Below are positions 23,290 through 36,389 of a DNA stretch of 49,756 nucleotides, in pieces; within the stretch, counting starts at the first letter, position 1, and each line of letters starts with the position of its first letter. The translations under genes and the position numbers were made by a program. The stretch spans positions 36,082,080-36,131,835 of the forward strand of contig JBOZIK010000001.1 of NCBI GenBank assembly GCA_051453625.1. Direction: 5' to 3'. Under the pieces are notes generated by a model. It did not search any database, was not told the DNA's origin, and saw only the letters and a list, made by a program, of their open reading frames with translations. Origin of the DNA: Welwitschia mirabilis (lineage: Eukaryota).

Positions 23290-24535
23290 TTATGGGGTCA
23301 TTTCAAGTATACATGTAATACATTTTAGCTATCTTTACTTGATCTTAGATGATGTGTTTTGTGTTTATAACTGATTAGGCCATACACACATAGAGCTAGA
23401 TAGGTTAAAGTAGATCTTAAGGCTATAAAGTAGGAGACAGGTTCATTGGCACCACTGGAGGTTAAGTGGGCAAAGCCAATCCACCCTTCACCTTGTTACA
23501 TTAGGTCTCTCTTTATTTAGATAGTCATTATTCATGTAGAGAGACATTATGGAGATTTCATGAGCCATACAGAGCTGAACATGAATTAGAGGCTAACTGA
23601 TCTATAGCTTAGTGGATTTTAGAGGCATGGGGGAATATTATATATCAAAGATCAAGAAATTCTATGAACCTATCCATATAGAGTAATGCTTAGCTTGTCG
23701 ACATGATTATAGCTATCATTCAAGGACCCGAGGTCATGATTCTTTTGAATAGTATCAAGAGAATACTTATTCATTCAACTAGCAAGATAAAGGAGTGTCA
23801 TGCTTATAGTATGGCATTAGATATTCTAGTTGACTTGACTATGGATAGGCAAGGAGTTTTGGTCACTTAATTATCACCTACCTATTGGATTTTCATATAG
23901 GACTAATTCATAACATTATCCTATCATTCCATGATAGTCATGCAATGGTTGTACATCTCTAGATATTAGCAATATTTAGATAGGAGGAGCAGATAGAGTT
24001 ACTAACCTTTATTTGAAGGAGACTCAGGAGTATTATTGAGGCATAATAGCTTAAACTCTAGGATATCTATGCCTTATCTTAGCCATGTTTAGATGCTTCA
24101 GTATACCCAAGCCTATGGACAAGTAAAGACTTACACATATTCAAACTTCAATTCATTACTTATAAGATATGGGTATCCAGATACTAGACCTACAGTCAGC
24201 ATGATTTTAGAGTAGATTTAGACTCTCCTCGCAAAAACTACATAGACCATCAGAGAGATAGTAGACTAAGGCATCTCTATGCTTAAGCAGAGGATCTTTA
24301 TGGTTGAGAGAAGAGTACATTACACTAAGGAGCAGCTAGTTGATGTGCAATAGCATATCTTATGATCAAGCACAGTGTGATAGTAGACCTCCCAGAGATA
24401 GTTAGAGTGCAGGAAGATGAGATAGCATGCATGATTATAATACCACTTGACCATTGTTTCCCTATATATCCTGAGCATCCTCCTTCTTCTCCACCTATTT
24501 TTGAGCTTATGGCACATCAAAAATTTATTATGACT
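23290..24535 (+). pseudogene. Athila env-like extra ORF remnant (copy 2)
   Basis: More GC-rich coding-like block between pol and the 3' LTR. LGYLCLILAMFRCFSIPKPMD (~24058) resembles the LxYPxLIxxL motif of plant retroelement extra ORFs and is followed by heptads. Boundaries are approximate. Confidence 0.65.
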
Positions 24536-25068
24536 AAATAAGGAAGTGATTTATTTATATTGTATTATGTATCTTCCTCTCTAGAAATTGTATAAAACTC
24601 ATGATTTATATATAAACATATCATTTTAGAGTATCATCAAGGTGTACATCTTTATTGTTAAATATTATGCGTATTTTTACAAATCATTTTTAACACTTCA
24701 TAATGAGGATTATTTATGTTATACATAATTATTTTTCATTATTTATTATACATTTAAGTGGAGGACTATAAATATTGAATGCATTTTAATGTTTGTCATA
24801 GGCTTTTCTTTTCCAAGACTAATTTTTCAGCCTATCCTTGTCTCCACAATCTGGATGAATACTAAAATGATAATATGGCCAATTATATTACACAAGTGAA
24901 AGATTCAATTATTTATTTTTGATATTTTTGTTTTACATTCTAAGATTTCTAAAATTCTTTCTAGGTTTATCTCATAGTTCTCTAGTTGATTTATTATTAG
25001 ATAATTTGGCTTACAATCATGGTTGTTTGCTTGATTTTATTAAGAACTAATAAGGCTAATTGGGGTCA

Positions 25069-26420
25069 TACTATACTAGTAAATTGTATGTATTTTATAG
25101 GGTATTTTGAGTATTTTTATAGCACATTAGATAATTGTATGCTAAGTTCCAATCATAATGAAGAGTTAAGATAAATTTCATGTAAACATGCAATCTTCAT
25201 TACATTTGATAGCATTTGAAGCAATCTACAATACTTCCTATCTAAAGTAGCAATTTTGTAATCAAAGAGGCTAATCTAAAACAAGATATACTTTACGCAA
25301 TCCTATCATTTCCCTAGTCATCTAGACAATTGTATGGATGACATAACTACTTAAGCTGAGGAAGATGCTTACTGGATTAATCTTATAGCTAATGTTTAAC
25401 TTATATGATGTGGCATCATCCCCTGTGACATCCAGACAACCAGTAAGAAGATACCTAAAAATAATGCTTTATCAAACTTCATCAAACTCTAGCCATATGT
25501 CCTACACCATCTTGCACAACTTTTAGGATTGTTAGCATGTCTGTTACTATTTGCTAACTTTAGAGTCTATTTTGTAATAAATACCTCCTTCACCCTCAAC
25601 TCATTTTTGTCTTATTTGATATTAAAAATTCTCATAACAAGAGATCGAAAGGCAGGAAATCCATCATTTGTTTTTGTAGAGACATATCTCCCTTGGTATT
25701 GAGTTGTATATCCTTCATTGAGATGCTACTACTTTGTAATACAGATGTTTGGATTGACTTAATAAACTCTATTTTTCTTTTCATATCTTTTGTTATGTAT
25801 ATCTTCCTTACGGTTTATGTTTCTTATTATTCTTTGGTAGCTTCATCTGTGATATAGATTATGCGGGTAGCCTATATTAAGATTGACATTATTAGTTTAG
25901 ATACATTACATTTCATTTCCTAAATTAACTTTGCATTGTTTTCATATTCCTGTTTAACATATTTGATAGCTTAGGTTAGTCTTGATCTAGTGATGGCTTT
26001 CCTTAATTGATCTAGGTTATATAGGGTTGACCTCTATGATAATTTATTTTGATAATTAGATAGAAGTTTCATTTAAAATAGAACTTGCATCCTATTTACA
26101 TAGTGTATTTATTTACACTGTTATTATTCTACTATAAGGTTACATAAGTGTTTTGATTTGACATCAATTCTCTTTCTTCTTATCTATGCTTTCAATAGAA
26201 TTATGACATTTGGATTACTTCTATCTATATTAGTGTGTTATTTTATGCTATATATGTGTGNNNNNNNNNNNNNNNNNNNNNNNNNNNNNNNNNNNNNNNN
26301 NNNNNNNNNNNNNNNNNNNNNNNNNNNNNNNNNNNNNNNNNNNNNNNNNNNNNNNNNNNNNNNNNNNNNNNNNNNNNNNNNNNNNNNNNNNNATGTTTAC
26401 ACAAATATGCACTGTAATCA
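25069..26420 (+). repeat. 3' LTR of the Athila-like element
   Basis: Follows the PPT-like aattgggg (25058-25065). The start tactatact is a decayed TGTTGCACT and the end is cactgtaatCA. Contains the gap 26261-26392. Confidence 0.87.
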
Positions 26421-28789
26421 ATTCCACTTAGTGTTAAACATTACAATGTCGGTTTCATGCATTTGGAGCCAATACTAAACTTATTTAATTTCTTGTTAAG
26501 CATAATAAGTCTCTATTGAGTAGAGTTTTACATCATGTCTTAAACCAAATTGTTTCATTTATAAAACTTAATCATCACCTCCTAATTCTTATAGGTAGTT
26601 TTTTCCAATATAAGACCAATAATTTGTAGTATAAAATAAGATTAAAAATAGTTAATTTTCCATGGTTCTATTTTTTTATCAATTTCTTCTTTAGGATCAT
26701 ATTCCAAGCTATAATGTCTAATATTAAAACTCTTTCACAATCCTTTAATACTAAATTAATGCAATATAACTTAGATGAAATGATAACTATAGTTTTATTA
26801 TTTGGGAGGATTCTCATGTTAATCACCTATATAGCTATTTAAAATTTTTTAAATAAGTTATCAATTTCAATTATTTTATTTTCTTTAATTTGTTTAGGAT
26901 TCTTTTATTTTCTTAGAGTAAACATGTACTTTAAATCCTCATGGATGTAAGGCTCGAACTTTTCATCTTCTTTGAGTTATATAAGAATTTTATTATATTC
27001 ATTGCAAAGGACATGGAATAATTCACTTTTTATCATGCATCTAGAAAAATATATCATATTTATATGCCATGATAATTTCATTCTTTTATGTTTATTGAAG
27101 ATAAGAAGTATGATCTTCATCAACCTCTAGATTTTCACACTTTTTATACTTATATAAATTAAATCTATTAATAAATTTAGTGAAATCCTAATTTAACATC
27201 AAGGTTGGTGTAAGATTCATATTGATAAATAAAAAGGATAGAACTAGCTACATTTAGATAATGACTTATTTCAATCATAGTCTTATCAACTTTTGTGATA
27301 AGAGTACAGTAGATGTAAATCTTTCTCTTTGATATTATGTACAATAAAGTAGAGACTTCATAATAATCATAAAAACATTAGAACAAATAAAAAATTAATC
27401 ATAAGAGAATATAAAATAATGTAACTTATAGTAATTCTTCCAAGAATCTAGACTATGAGGGTGCACTATGCTTTAAAGCTATTAGGGATTCACTTAAATC
27501 ATTCAAAATGTGAAGTGAAACTTATTTTGAATCTAATTTTTAATTTTGTAGAGTTTTAACATTGATTATAATGCACATGCATGCACTTAAAATGTGTCAT
27601 TTTATCTTTTACTTTTTAAAGCTTCTATGTTTTTCATCATTATGTTACATATGTTATCAAATTTCATGAAATTTGATTTTAGGATTGATTTGAGTTTAAA
27701 GACTTTTATTTAGAAATTAAAGAAAAGTATGTTTATGAGGTATATAGTTATATACGAATGTATCTCTTAAACAAGATAATAAAAGTCTTTGGATGTTTTT
27801 AGTTTCAACCCTAAACATCTTACTTGATAGTTTATAGCATAAAAACCATAAGAAAAATTTAAAGTCTCTTTGAATCCATAAGAATCTTCTTAATTATATT
27901 GAGATTTTATGATGGATGTTACTAGATTTTCCATGTGGTCATCAAGCTTATTTTATTCTTTATCTGTGCCATAAATTCTGTCAACTCTCTTTTTAGTTTT
28001 ATGATAATATTTTAAAAGTTAGAGCTTAAGCTTATTTTTGATTTTACTTTATTATAGGATTTACTAAAATGTTATATTCCTCAAAATCCTACATGGTCTC
28101 ATGGAAGTTATTTCATTGAGTGGGTGAATGCAACTACCCGTTACCCCCACCCAAACCCACCACAATCCTACCACCAACTACAACTACTTACATAACTAGG
28201 TACCCCCTATTGTCTTTAGATTATGAATGCTACCTTTTAATTAATTATATTACTATGATATTTTATCTCATATTTCTCAATGGTAATTCCTACTTATTGA
28301 TAATAATTTAGCATCATGCACTCTTCTTTCTTCTTTTGATAGTTGATTCCATAAGTGTTTTTATCAATTACATCCATTAAAATCACATTTCTTTTGTATC
28401 ATATCAATTTCATTTCATGATTTGCTATTTTAACTTTCTTTTACCACTATTATTTTATTTATTTAGCTATGGTTATAAATCTATCTTTCTACTCCCTAAT
28501 ACTCTATTAACATATTTCATTTGATATGATGGGATGGTCTCAGAGTAAATGACTTTCTTGATTAATTATAGTTAAATAGACAAATGTAAAAGAAAAAATG
28601 TTTTAAGGTCATATATTGAAAATTAAAAATTAATGAATAACTAATATTTGATAAATAATATATGAATAGAATGCAATGGTATGATATTGAAATAAGTATC
28701 ATGGAAATTTGTATCTCTTGATAATATTAACGCCTTAGTTTCTATATTATTGATTACATTAATTACTTATTACATGATCATTTTTTATA

Positions 28790-29030
28790 ACACTTATTTC
28801 CAGAAAAATCCTATCAAGATATTTTAAAATTTTAACTAATGAAATAAAGAAGTAAAGACATATTCATAAAAGTTTACAAATACTTCTTTAAGGGCTAGCC
28901 TCAAGCACTTTAACGAAGAGGATATCATAAGATTTCTTGATGATCTTACGTATAATATTCAACAAGAATTACTTTTATTATTTTTTAATGTTTTTGATAA
29001 AGCATATCAACTGATGGACATTAGATCTTA
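28790..29030 (+). pseudogene. Ty3/Gypsy gag (retrotrans_gag-like) remnant of an unrelated family
   Basis: LFPEKSYQDILKF*LMK*RSK, then after a frameshift YS*KFTNTSLRASLKHFNEEDIIRFLDDLTYNIQQELLLLFFNVFDKAYQL, resembling the gag pattern L.Q...V.EY..EF..L..R.....E...RF..GL...IQ.EL.......AYQ.A. Confidence 0.5.
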
Positions 29031-30101
29031 TTTAATCTTATGGATAGAAAACCATATATTTTTTTTGGTTGATAATAGAATGGTCAGTTCTAGTTTATAA
29101 CTTAAAATAGACACAAATTATTAGATAGAATACAATTATGTTATTATTTTCCTTTTATCATTAGGTTAATATCATTCTTCTATCTTTAAAAAAATATTAG
29201 AAAATTCTCTACATAGCTACCTATAACTTAAATGCTCATTTTAAAAGTAATGAAAGTTAAAGAAAAGATTGAGAGGTAAAGAAATATGTTTCCAAGAGGA
29301 ATAATTAAACATAATGTTAAATAACGAGATTAATAAAGGAATATAAAAACTTTACACAATGAAAGTAAGTATGAAGAGCACACTCGAAGCTTTAGAAATA
29401 AAGAAAACTTTAAAGGAGGAAGAAATGAATGAATAAATAAAGGGTTCACATGCTTTGAACGTGAAGGAATGGAATATAAATTTAGTAAATTTTCCATAAA
29501 GGCTTAAAAAATCATAGATGTTAAATAAGAAGTGACATTGAGGATACAAAAAAAATGAAGTACAATAGAATGAGTTAACAACTTAAACATGTAATTATTA
29601 TGAAGATCATGATCTCTTAATCCTTCTGAAGGCAAAGAACATCTCATGTCTATGTTTAATATTTATTTGTTAAGATTGATAAATGTAATTTCTTAGTTCA
29701 AGGGATATAACCCATGAAAAATAAATTATAATAAATAAGAAAGATTGTCTTTGTATGAAACAACACAACAACTATTTAACTTTATTAAAAACATAGTAAA
29801 GGAGGGATGTAGAACATGCATGAGTTTTTCATTGGTATATTAGTCCTTAATGAATTGGCCTGGCCTCCTAATGGATTCATAAACTAGACCTTAAAAGTAG
29901 TATGACCTGGTTGATTTAACCTTCAAATCATAGTGTTTAACATGGGAAAGTTTCATATTTTTGAATCATTAATAAAGCATAATTATTATTTCTTTATTTT
30001 CATATTCTTTATTATAAGTTCCTTTGAAATATTGTAGTCCTTAACTATTTTAGTTCTCAAGCAATAAAATTTCTTTAAAAATAATTATGTATCATTACAA
30101 T

Positions 30102-30114
30102 TGGTATCAAAGCC
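30102..30114 (+). promoter_or_regulatory. tRNA-iMet PBS of an older LTR element (LTR ends CA at 30099)
   Basis: attaCA-at-TGGTATCAAAGCC, cf. the canonical TGGTATCAGAGCC. Confidence 0.7.
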
Positions 30115-30142
30115 ATATGTAGAATAGTAAATAGCTACCTTT

Positions 30143-31286
30143 TGTAACTAGAAGGTTTCAATGATGCCAAAAGTTATAAGAATTAAGTGAAAATATGGTA
30201 ATCACTCATCACAGTTGCATTAAGAAGCTAACTTTTGCATGTGGATGTCTCCACTCAAAATAGCGTAGACGTTCCCTCTTCTTACGAGAAAAATGTATCT
30301 ATGATAGGTCTCAGGGCCAGACATCCCTACTCAAATAGGGCTAACATCCCTTCTCCTTATGAAAAACATAATTGTCAATTCTCAAGTGTGGATTTCCCCA
30401 TTCCACATAGCCCAAACACTCCCCCTCTATTTAGTATTTCCTCAATTTGCACCTATGGCAGATGCAGACATCTGCTCCTGTCTAAAGAAAATGTCCCTAC
30501 ACTTTTAGTAGTGTGGACATCCACACTACTTTTAAGGTAGACATCTGCCCCTTTAGGAGTGAGGACATCCTTAGTTTTTAAGGTGAACATCCTCTTTTTA
30601 AACTGTTAGAAAAACGGTCGGCTACAGGCAAATGCACGATGATTTTCAATGGCTATTCTCTTCTAGCATGTCTTTTAATCATGTTGGAAACATAAATTTA
30701 TTTAAAACATCAAATTATCATGTCTTGAAATCATCATTTAGGGTTTTCCTTTAATATCTATTTTTTCCTTCTCTTTAAAAGGGTTAAAATATGCTTTGTT
30801 ATTAAACATATATACAATTCTGTGAAGTGAACTCAAACTAATCTTTGGTGATCTATCTATAACTTGTTATCCTACTTTATGTGATTATTCTATTTAGATC
30901 ATACGTTGTTTCATCCATGCTTGAGGCATAATTTTATTTCCTCTCTTTTTCTTGTGATTGAGTTTAAGCTTTGAAAGACTCTAAGTATGAAAGATTGATG
31001 ATAAGCCTAGAAAATCATCATTAAATAAGGGATTAATGATTAGCTAGAAAAGCATTAGTTCAAGAATAATAAGAAAACCAAGATAGATGACATATTTGTC
31101 TTTCCTTGAAAAGTGGAGGAGGCACATTACCAAACCACTATAAATCTTGTGGGTTAATTATTTTTTTGTTTTGTAATTTTTCTCAGATATATTTTTTGTT
31201 TGGAAAGCTAACTAATTTCATTAAAGAATAGGTTTTTATATTTAATATTTATTATTTTTCCTATTCATACCTCTCTAATAATTTCA
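30143..31286 (+). repeat. SIRE 5' LTR (1144 bp)
   Basis: TGTAACTAGAAGG...AATTTCA, colinear with 41399-42518. Confidence 0.93.
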
Positions 31287-31288
31287 AT

Positions 31289-31300
31289 TGCTATCAGAGC
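31289..31300 (+). promoter_or_regulatory. SIRE PBS (tRNA-iMet)
   Basis: tgctatcagagc is one change from TGGTATCAGAGC and lies 2 bp after the LTR. Confidence 0.88.
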
Positions 31301-31341
31301 AAGGTTACTCTTAATAAAGCTTTACTACTCTGAGTGATCTA

Positions 31342-34300
31342 ATGAGGTTTATCACTTATGAAGGCAATTCTATCTTAAAGTCATCTTATTTTAATGGATT
31401 AAACTATCCCTTTTGGAAAACCAAAATGATAATATTTTTGAAATCTCTTGATTTAAATATCTAGAATACTATTGTATGTAGTTATTCTAAACCTTTCTTT
31501 AGCAGGTTCAATTGATGAACAGAAAGAGGAAGCTAATCTCAATGTAAAAGCTATGAATGCTTTAATTTATGCCCCTAGTCTAGAGGAGTATAGCTAAGTA
31601 GTTTAGTGTTCCTCTATAAAGGAAATCTAAGATACCCTCAATATCACTCATGAAGGTAGACTATTGTGAAAAATTCTAAGTTATAATTATTAACAATTCA
31701 ATTTAAAAATATTAGAATGAAGGAACAAGAATCTATCACTAAATATACCACCAAGGTCATGGACATTGTAAACACAATGTGAGATCTTAGAAAAATATTC
31801 CTGAGTAAAGAGTTGTAATGAAAATCTTAAGAATCTTACCCAAGTGTTTCAGATCTAAGATTACTGTAACTAAAAAGAGCAAAAATCTAAATACCATGAG
31901 TCTAGAGGAGCTTAAGGAATCATTGATTGCATATCAAGCTCTCATTATGGATGATGAGGGATCCAAGAGAAAAAATATTACCTTGAAATGTTCAAGTCAA
32001 TGAAAAGAATATTTTAGCAATGAAGAAGATAATAAGGACTTAGCCCTTTTATCTAGAAATTTGAGAAGATTATTAAGAAAATAAAAAGATGTAAATGAGA
32101 ATCAAATAAAGAATAAAAATTTCTTCAAGAAATTTGGTAGAAATAAGAAATCCCTATAATGCTTTGAGTGCAATATCTTTAGACACACAACGGTTGAATG
32201 TGCCAATACAAAAAAAGCTAAAAGAAAAGGAAAGAAGGCTCTAAAAGTCACTTGGGATGATAAGGAAGAATCTAACTCAGAGGTATTTCAAGATGAAGAA
32301 GAGAAGTATAGATTTCTAGTCCTCACCAAGGGATATGACTTCATATCAACTATCAAGGATTAGCATGCAATCTCTAATGATAATGAGGTAGTTACTAAAA
32401 ATTTTAAAAATATTGAAGAAGCTTATAAATAATTATATTCTTATTGTGAAGTTGTAGCTTGTAGAAATAGAGATTTAAGATCTAAATTATTGTCTTTATA
32501 AACTAAACTTGACTTAACTAACAAAGATCTGGATAAGGCTATTAAAAGTCTTGTAGGTGTTTTACTATTAACAAGGGATTTAGAGGTTGTAAAGAAACTC
32601 AATTCTACTACCTCATACCACTCTAATAAGGTAAATTATGATCACAAGAGGTATGCTTTTAAGTCTAATAATTAAAAATTTTTTAATATCTAATTTTTAT
32701 ATTGTGGAGGATTAGGACATGTTAGATTTTCTTGTCACATCAAAAAGGGAAATTTTTTATATTATAAAAGTGGCAGGTACTTATGAAGATCAAAAGCAAT
32801 GAATAATTAGCCTCTCATCAAATAAAGATGGGTTAGAAAGAACTTAGTTAAAGGGATGTTCATTTAAACTACTCTTAAAGTAAAGGAGCATCCTAGATGG
32901 TTTCTGAATAGTGGTTGTTCAAGACACATGATAGGTAATAAAAGAAGGCTTCATACACTTGTCAACTATGATGGAGAAAAGGTTTTCTTTAGTAATAATC
33001 AAAAAAGCAACCATCAAGGGAAAAGATATGGCTTGTGAATATGATCTTCTAAAAATTAATGATGTTTTATATGTAGAGGGTTTTAAGCATAATATTTTAA
33101 GTATTATTCAAATGTGTGATAAAGGGAATATAGTTTTTTTGTGATAAACATAAGTGCATGGAAAAGAGTATTTCTAGTAATAATAAACTTTTAGTTGCTT
33201 CTCATCAAGAAAACTTGTATCCTATACGAGAAAAATCTAATGATGAAGAGCTGTGTAGTTTCACTGAAGATATTTAAGAACATATCTAGCATAAAGAATG
33301 GATCATTCAAATGTTGCAATCTTGAGAATCATTTCTTAATAAGAGTTGGTTAGAGGCTTTCCCAAATTAGCTTTTTCAATTCTGACTTATGTGAATATTG
33401 TTAAGTAGGAAAAATCATAAAATCTTCTTTTAAACCTAAGCCTGAGATATCTTCTAAAGAACCTCTAAATATGTTACACTTAGATTTAGTAAGACCTATA
33501 AAAGTTTGAAGTCTAAGTGGCAAGAGATATTCTATGGTGGTGGTTGATGATTTTACATATTATAACTAGGTTAAATTTTTACATTTTAAATCTAATTCTT
33601 TTGATAATTTTTGTTATCTGTGCAAAAAATTCTGAATGAAAAGGGCTTTACCATTAAGAAAATCAGGTATAATCATGGAATTCTTAGGGCTATAAATGAA
33701 AACTAACACTTAACTTTTCTAACATTATATAAAGGGAATTTAAAATGAGCATGCTTGGGAGCTCAATTTTTTCTTAAGCTTGTAGATTAAATAGCTTAAG
33801 AATGGTATTTTTCTTAGTTAATTGAAGTATGTCAAGAAGCTTCTAAAGAAGTAGAAACTCAATCAAGTGAAATAGATTTACACTCTGATGTTCACATCCA
33901 TAAAAATGAGCAAGGTGAATCAAGTAAACCTATAAATTAGTTCATGTATCACGGTATGATTGGTAGTTTATTATATTTAATATTTAGTAAACTTGATATT
34001 GCATTTAGTATTGGCATATGTGCTTGATATTAATCAAATCCTAAGGTATCTCATCTCTCTTTAGTCAAAAGAATTTTTTGATATCTTAAACATACAAGCA
34101 ATTTTAGTATTTGGTTTTTTAAATATACCTCACTTGATCTAGTTGAATATAGTGATGCAGATTGGATTGGATGCATACATGATAGGAAAAGTACAAGTAA
34201 AGCATGTTACTTTCTTGGGAATTATCTTGTGACTTGGACTTCCAAGAAACAAAGCTCGATATCCCTCTCCATGGCTAAAACTAAGTACATATTCGCTAGA

Positions 34301-34615
34301 ACCTACTACACTCAATTGTTATGGATGATACACATCTTACATGATTATAGAGTTAATATGACAAGCATTTAACTCCCTTTTGATAATACTGGCATCATTA
34401 ACATTGTTGAGAACCCTGCGCAGCATTCTAGAACTATGCATATTGACATTAGATATCACTTCATTAGAGAACATGTTCAAAGAGGCATAATCAGGCTTGA
34501 TCATGTATCCACAAATAAATATCTTATCAATTTGTTTACCAACGCTCTTTTAGAAGCAAGATTCAAACTTTTAAAAGTTGAGTTAGGCATAGGAACATGC
34601 CCAACTAAAGTATGA
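31342..34615 (+). pseudogene. SIRE gag-pol remnant with an internal deletion spanning the integrase C-terminal half and most of RT
   Basis: EGNS...YFNGLNYPFWKTKM; KILRILPK; MSLEELKESL; zinc knuckles CFECNIFRHTTVEC (~32160) and YCGGLGHVRFSC (~32700); protease WFLNSGCSRHMIG (~32898); INT LNMLHLDL, VVDDF, IRYNHG (33662); then abruptly RT EFKMSMLG; RH YSDADWIGCIHDRKST, HIDIRYHFIRE; stop 34613-34615. Confidence 0.92.
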
Positions 34616-35100
34616 TTTTTTATGTGTCATCAATACCAAAATGTATACATATTAATCACAAGTTTGATTGCATTAAGAGCATCATTTTTCCACTTTTGGT
34701 GTCTTATGTCATCTTGATTTAGTTTTTGTTCAAACTTATTATTCTTAGCTTCTTGTCAGACCACTCTAACATTCTAGGGATTTAGACGTCTGCACTCTTA
34801 GGATTCCAGACATCTGCACATCTAAGAGTGGGCTTGTAGGCTAAGTGAAGGATGGACATTCACCCTTAAAAGCCTAGATATCTGTGCACCTATGCAGATA
34901 TGAATACATGATTAAAATCATTGAAACCCTCCTCAGTCATCTACCCCTATATAATCAGTCATCCTCCCTTTGTTTTATCTCATCTTGTCGTTTTCTAGTG
35001 CTCCAGCCTCTAGAAGTAAGTGTTCCTCTCTCAATTTATTTTCTTGGTCTTCTTCTTCTTAGATATCTTATATATTTCTCTCTTCTTCTTCATTTCCATC

Positions 35101-36127
35101 ATGCCAAGGCAAAAGATTCCAATTTCAAGAAAGAATAGAGGCAAAGATAACAAAGGAGAGTTAGTTTTTTTGACTCCTAGGGCAAAGGTGATGTGGACTT
35201 AAAGTTTTAATAAGAAGCCTCTTACTCTAAAGAGGGTTATTCTGCATGATACATTCAAGCATTATTTTAATATTTTGCCTAGGGTTTAAAGAGTTAGGTT
35301 GGACATACATTCTAAACCCTCATACTCATGATCTGGTAAATTTAGTTGACATGTTTTACTATAATGATTCTTATTAGTATAAGCAAAATCAGTTTGTATC
35401 AAATTTGTATGGTATTGATATTGAGATTGATTCTAAAATGATTTCCAATACTACTACATTTCCACTAGACTATGTAGAATATGTGCACATTACTTCAGTT
35501 TCAATTTTAGATAGTTTAGTTTCCAGAGATGAACTCAATGAATTTTTGTGTGAAAGACAAGAGGGATGGAGAACTACCATTCTGACTCAAATTTTGAGGC
35601 AAATTTACAAGGTACTTTTTCACATCATCTTCAACAATATCATTCCAAAGCTTGGCCACATGGATGAAGTGTCTGTTATGTATGTGTATGTCATGTATTA
35701 TTCTGCTCAAAGTATCTAAATTAACTTACCTTAGTTGATTTTGTAAAACATGACTTCCTACACATCTATGAGTTTAGTAGCACTACCATACAGAGGTCTC
35801 ATTACTAAGATGTATCATGATCAGGTAGCTCTACCAAAAGTCAAAGATGAAATTCTAAAACTGCTAAAGCCATTTGATAAATCCTCACTTATCCGAATGA
35901 AAATTATTGAAGGCTCTCCTGTAGCTCCACCTTCTTCTCCATCTAGGCAATTCAAGCACATACGACCTAGTGAGTCTTTAACAGGTACCTCCTCAACTAA
36001 AAAATAGCTCAAATGGATTTCATCTCATCTATCCAAGATAAAGAAGGCTCTTATTGATTTTGGATTGGAGGTGGCATTCACCTCTTGTAGTAGTAGTAGA
36101 AGTGGTAACATGATGGAATCTGGCTAA
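35101..36127 (+). pseudogene. SIRE extra (env-like) ORF copy 1, putative plant transposon protein (Transposase_32-like) domain
   Basis: MPRQK...ELGW...MFYYN...LYGIDIEI...LFHIIFNNIIPKLGHMDEVS...INLP...ALPYRGLITK. Corresponds to ORF fragments 35020-35202, 35405-35719 and 35750-36007. Confidence 0.8.
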
Positions 36128-36389
36128 ATATGTCTTTAAACTCTCTTTCATATTTCTTCTTCTAATCTTATCTCTCTTATATCTTTTTTTATTCTCTACT
36201 ATGTTTGTGTCTATGTTAGTCCATTTGCTCTTGCTCTTATATACAGTAAACTATGATGAGTATGTAATTCATCTTTTTAATTAATGGTAAATATAATGTC
36301 TATTATTTTCATATATCTTTTTATTTTGTTCACATGATTTTCACGGGTATTGTGGTATATCTTTTATTTGATTTTTCCTTTCAGAATCA

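Larger units (their letters stand above)
13546..26420 (+). mobile_element. Near full-length degenerate Athila-like Ty3/Gypsy LTR retrotransposon
   Basis: Order: partial 5' LTR (start hidden in gap), tRNA-Asp-type PBS, gag-PR-RT-RH-INT, long spacer, env-like ORF, internal PPT-like tract (24751-24766), PPT, 3' LTR. Confidence 0.92.

Noticed and set aside
28120-28311. Pro/Thr-rich ORF resembling an extensin fragment
   Set aside because: It arises from a short C/A-rich tract, and there is no signal peptide, splice context or continuation.
30235-30540. ORFs inside SIRE LTRs (30235-30540, 36872-37081)
   Set aside because: Not conserved in frame among the three LTR copies; a by-product of the GC-richer repeat array.
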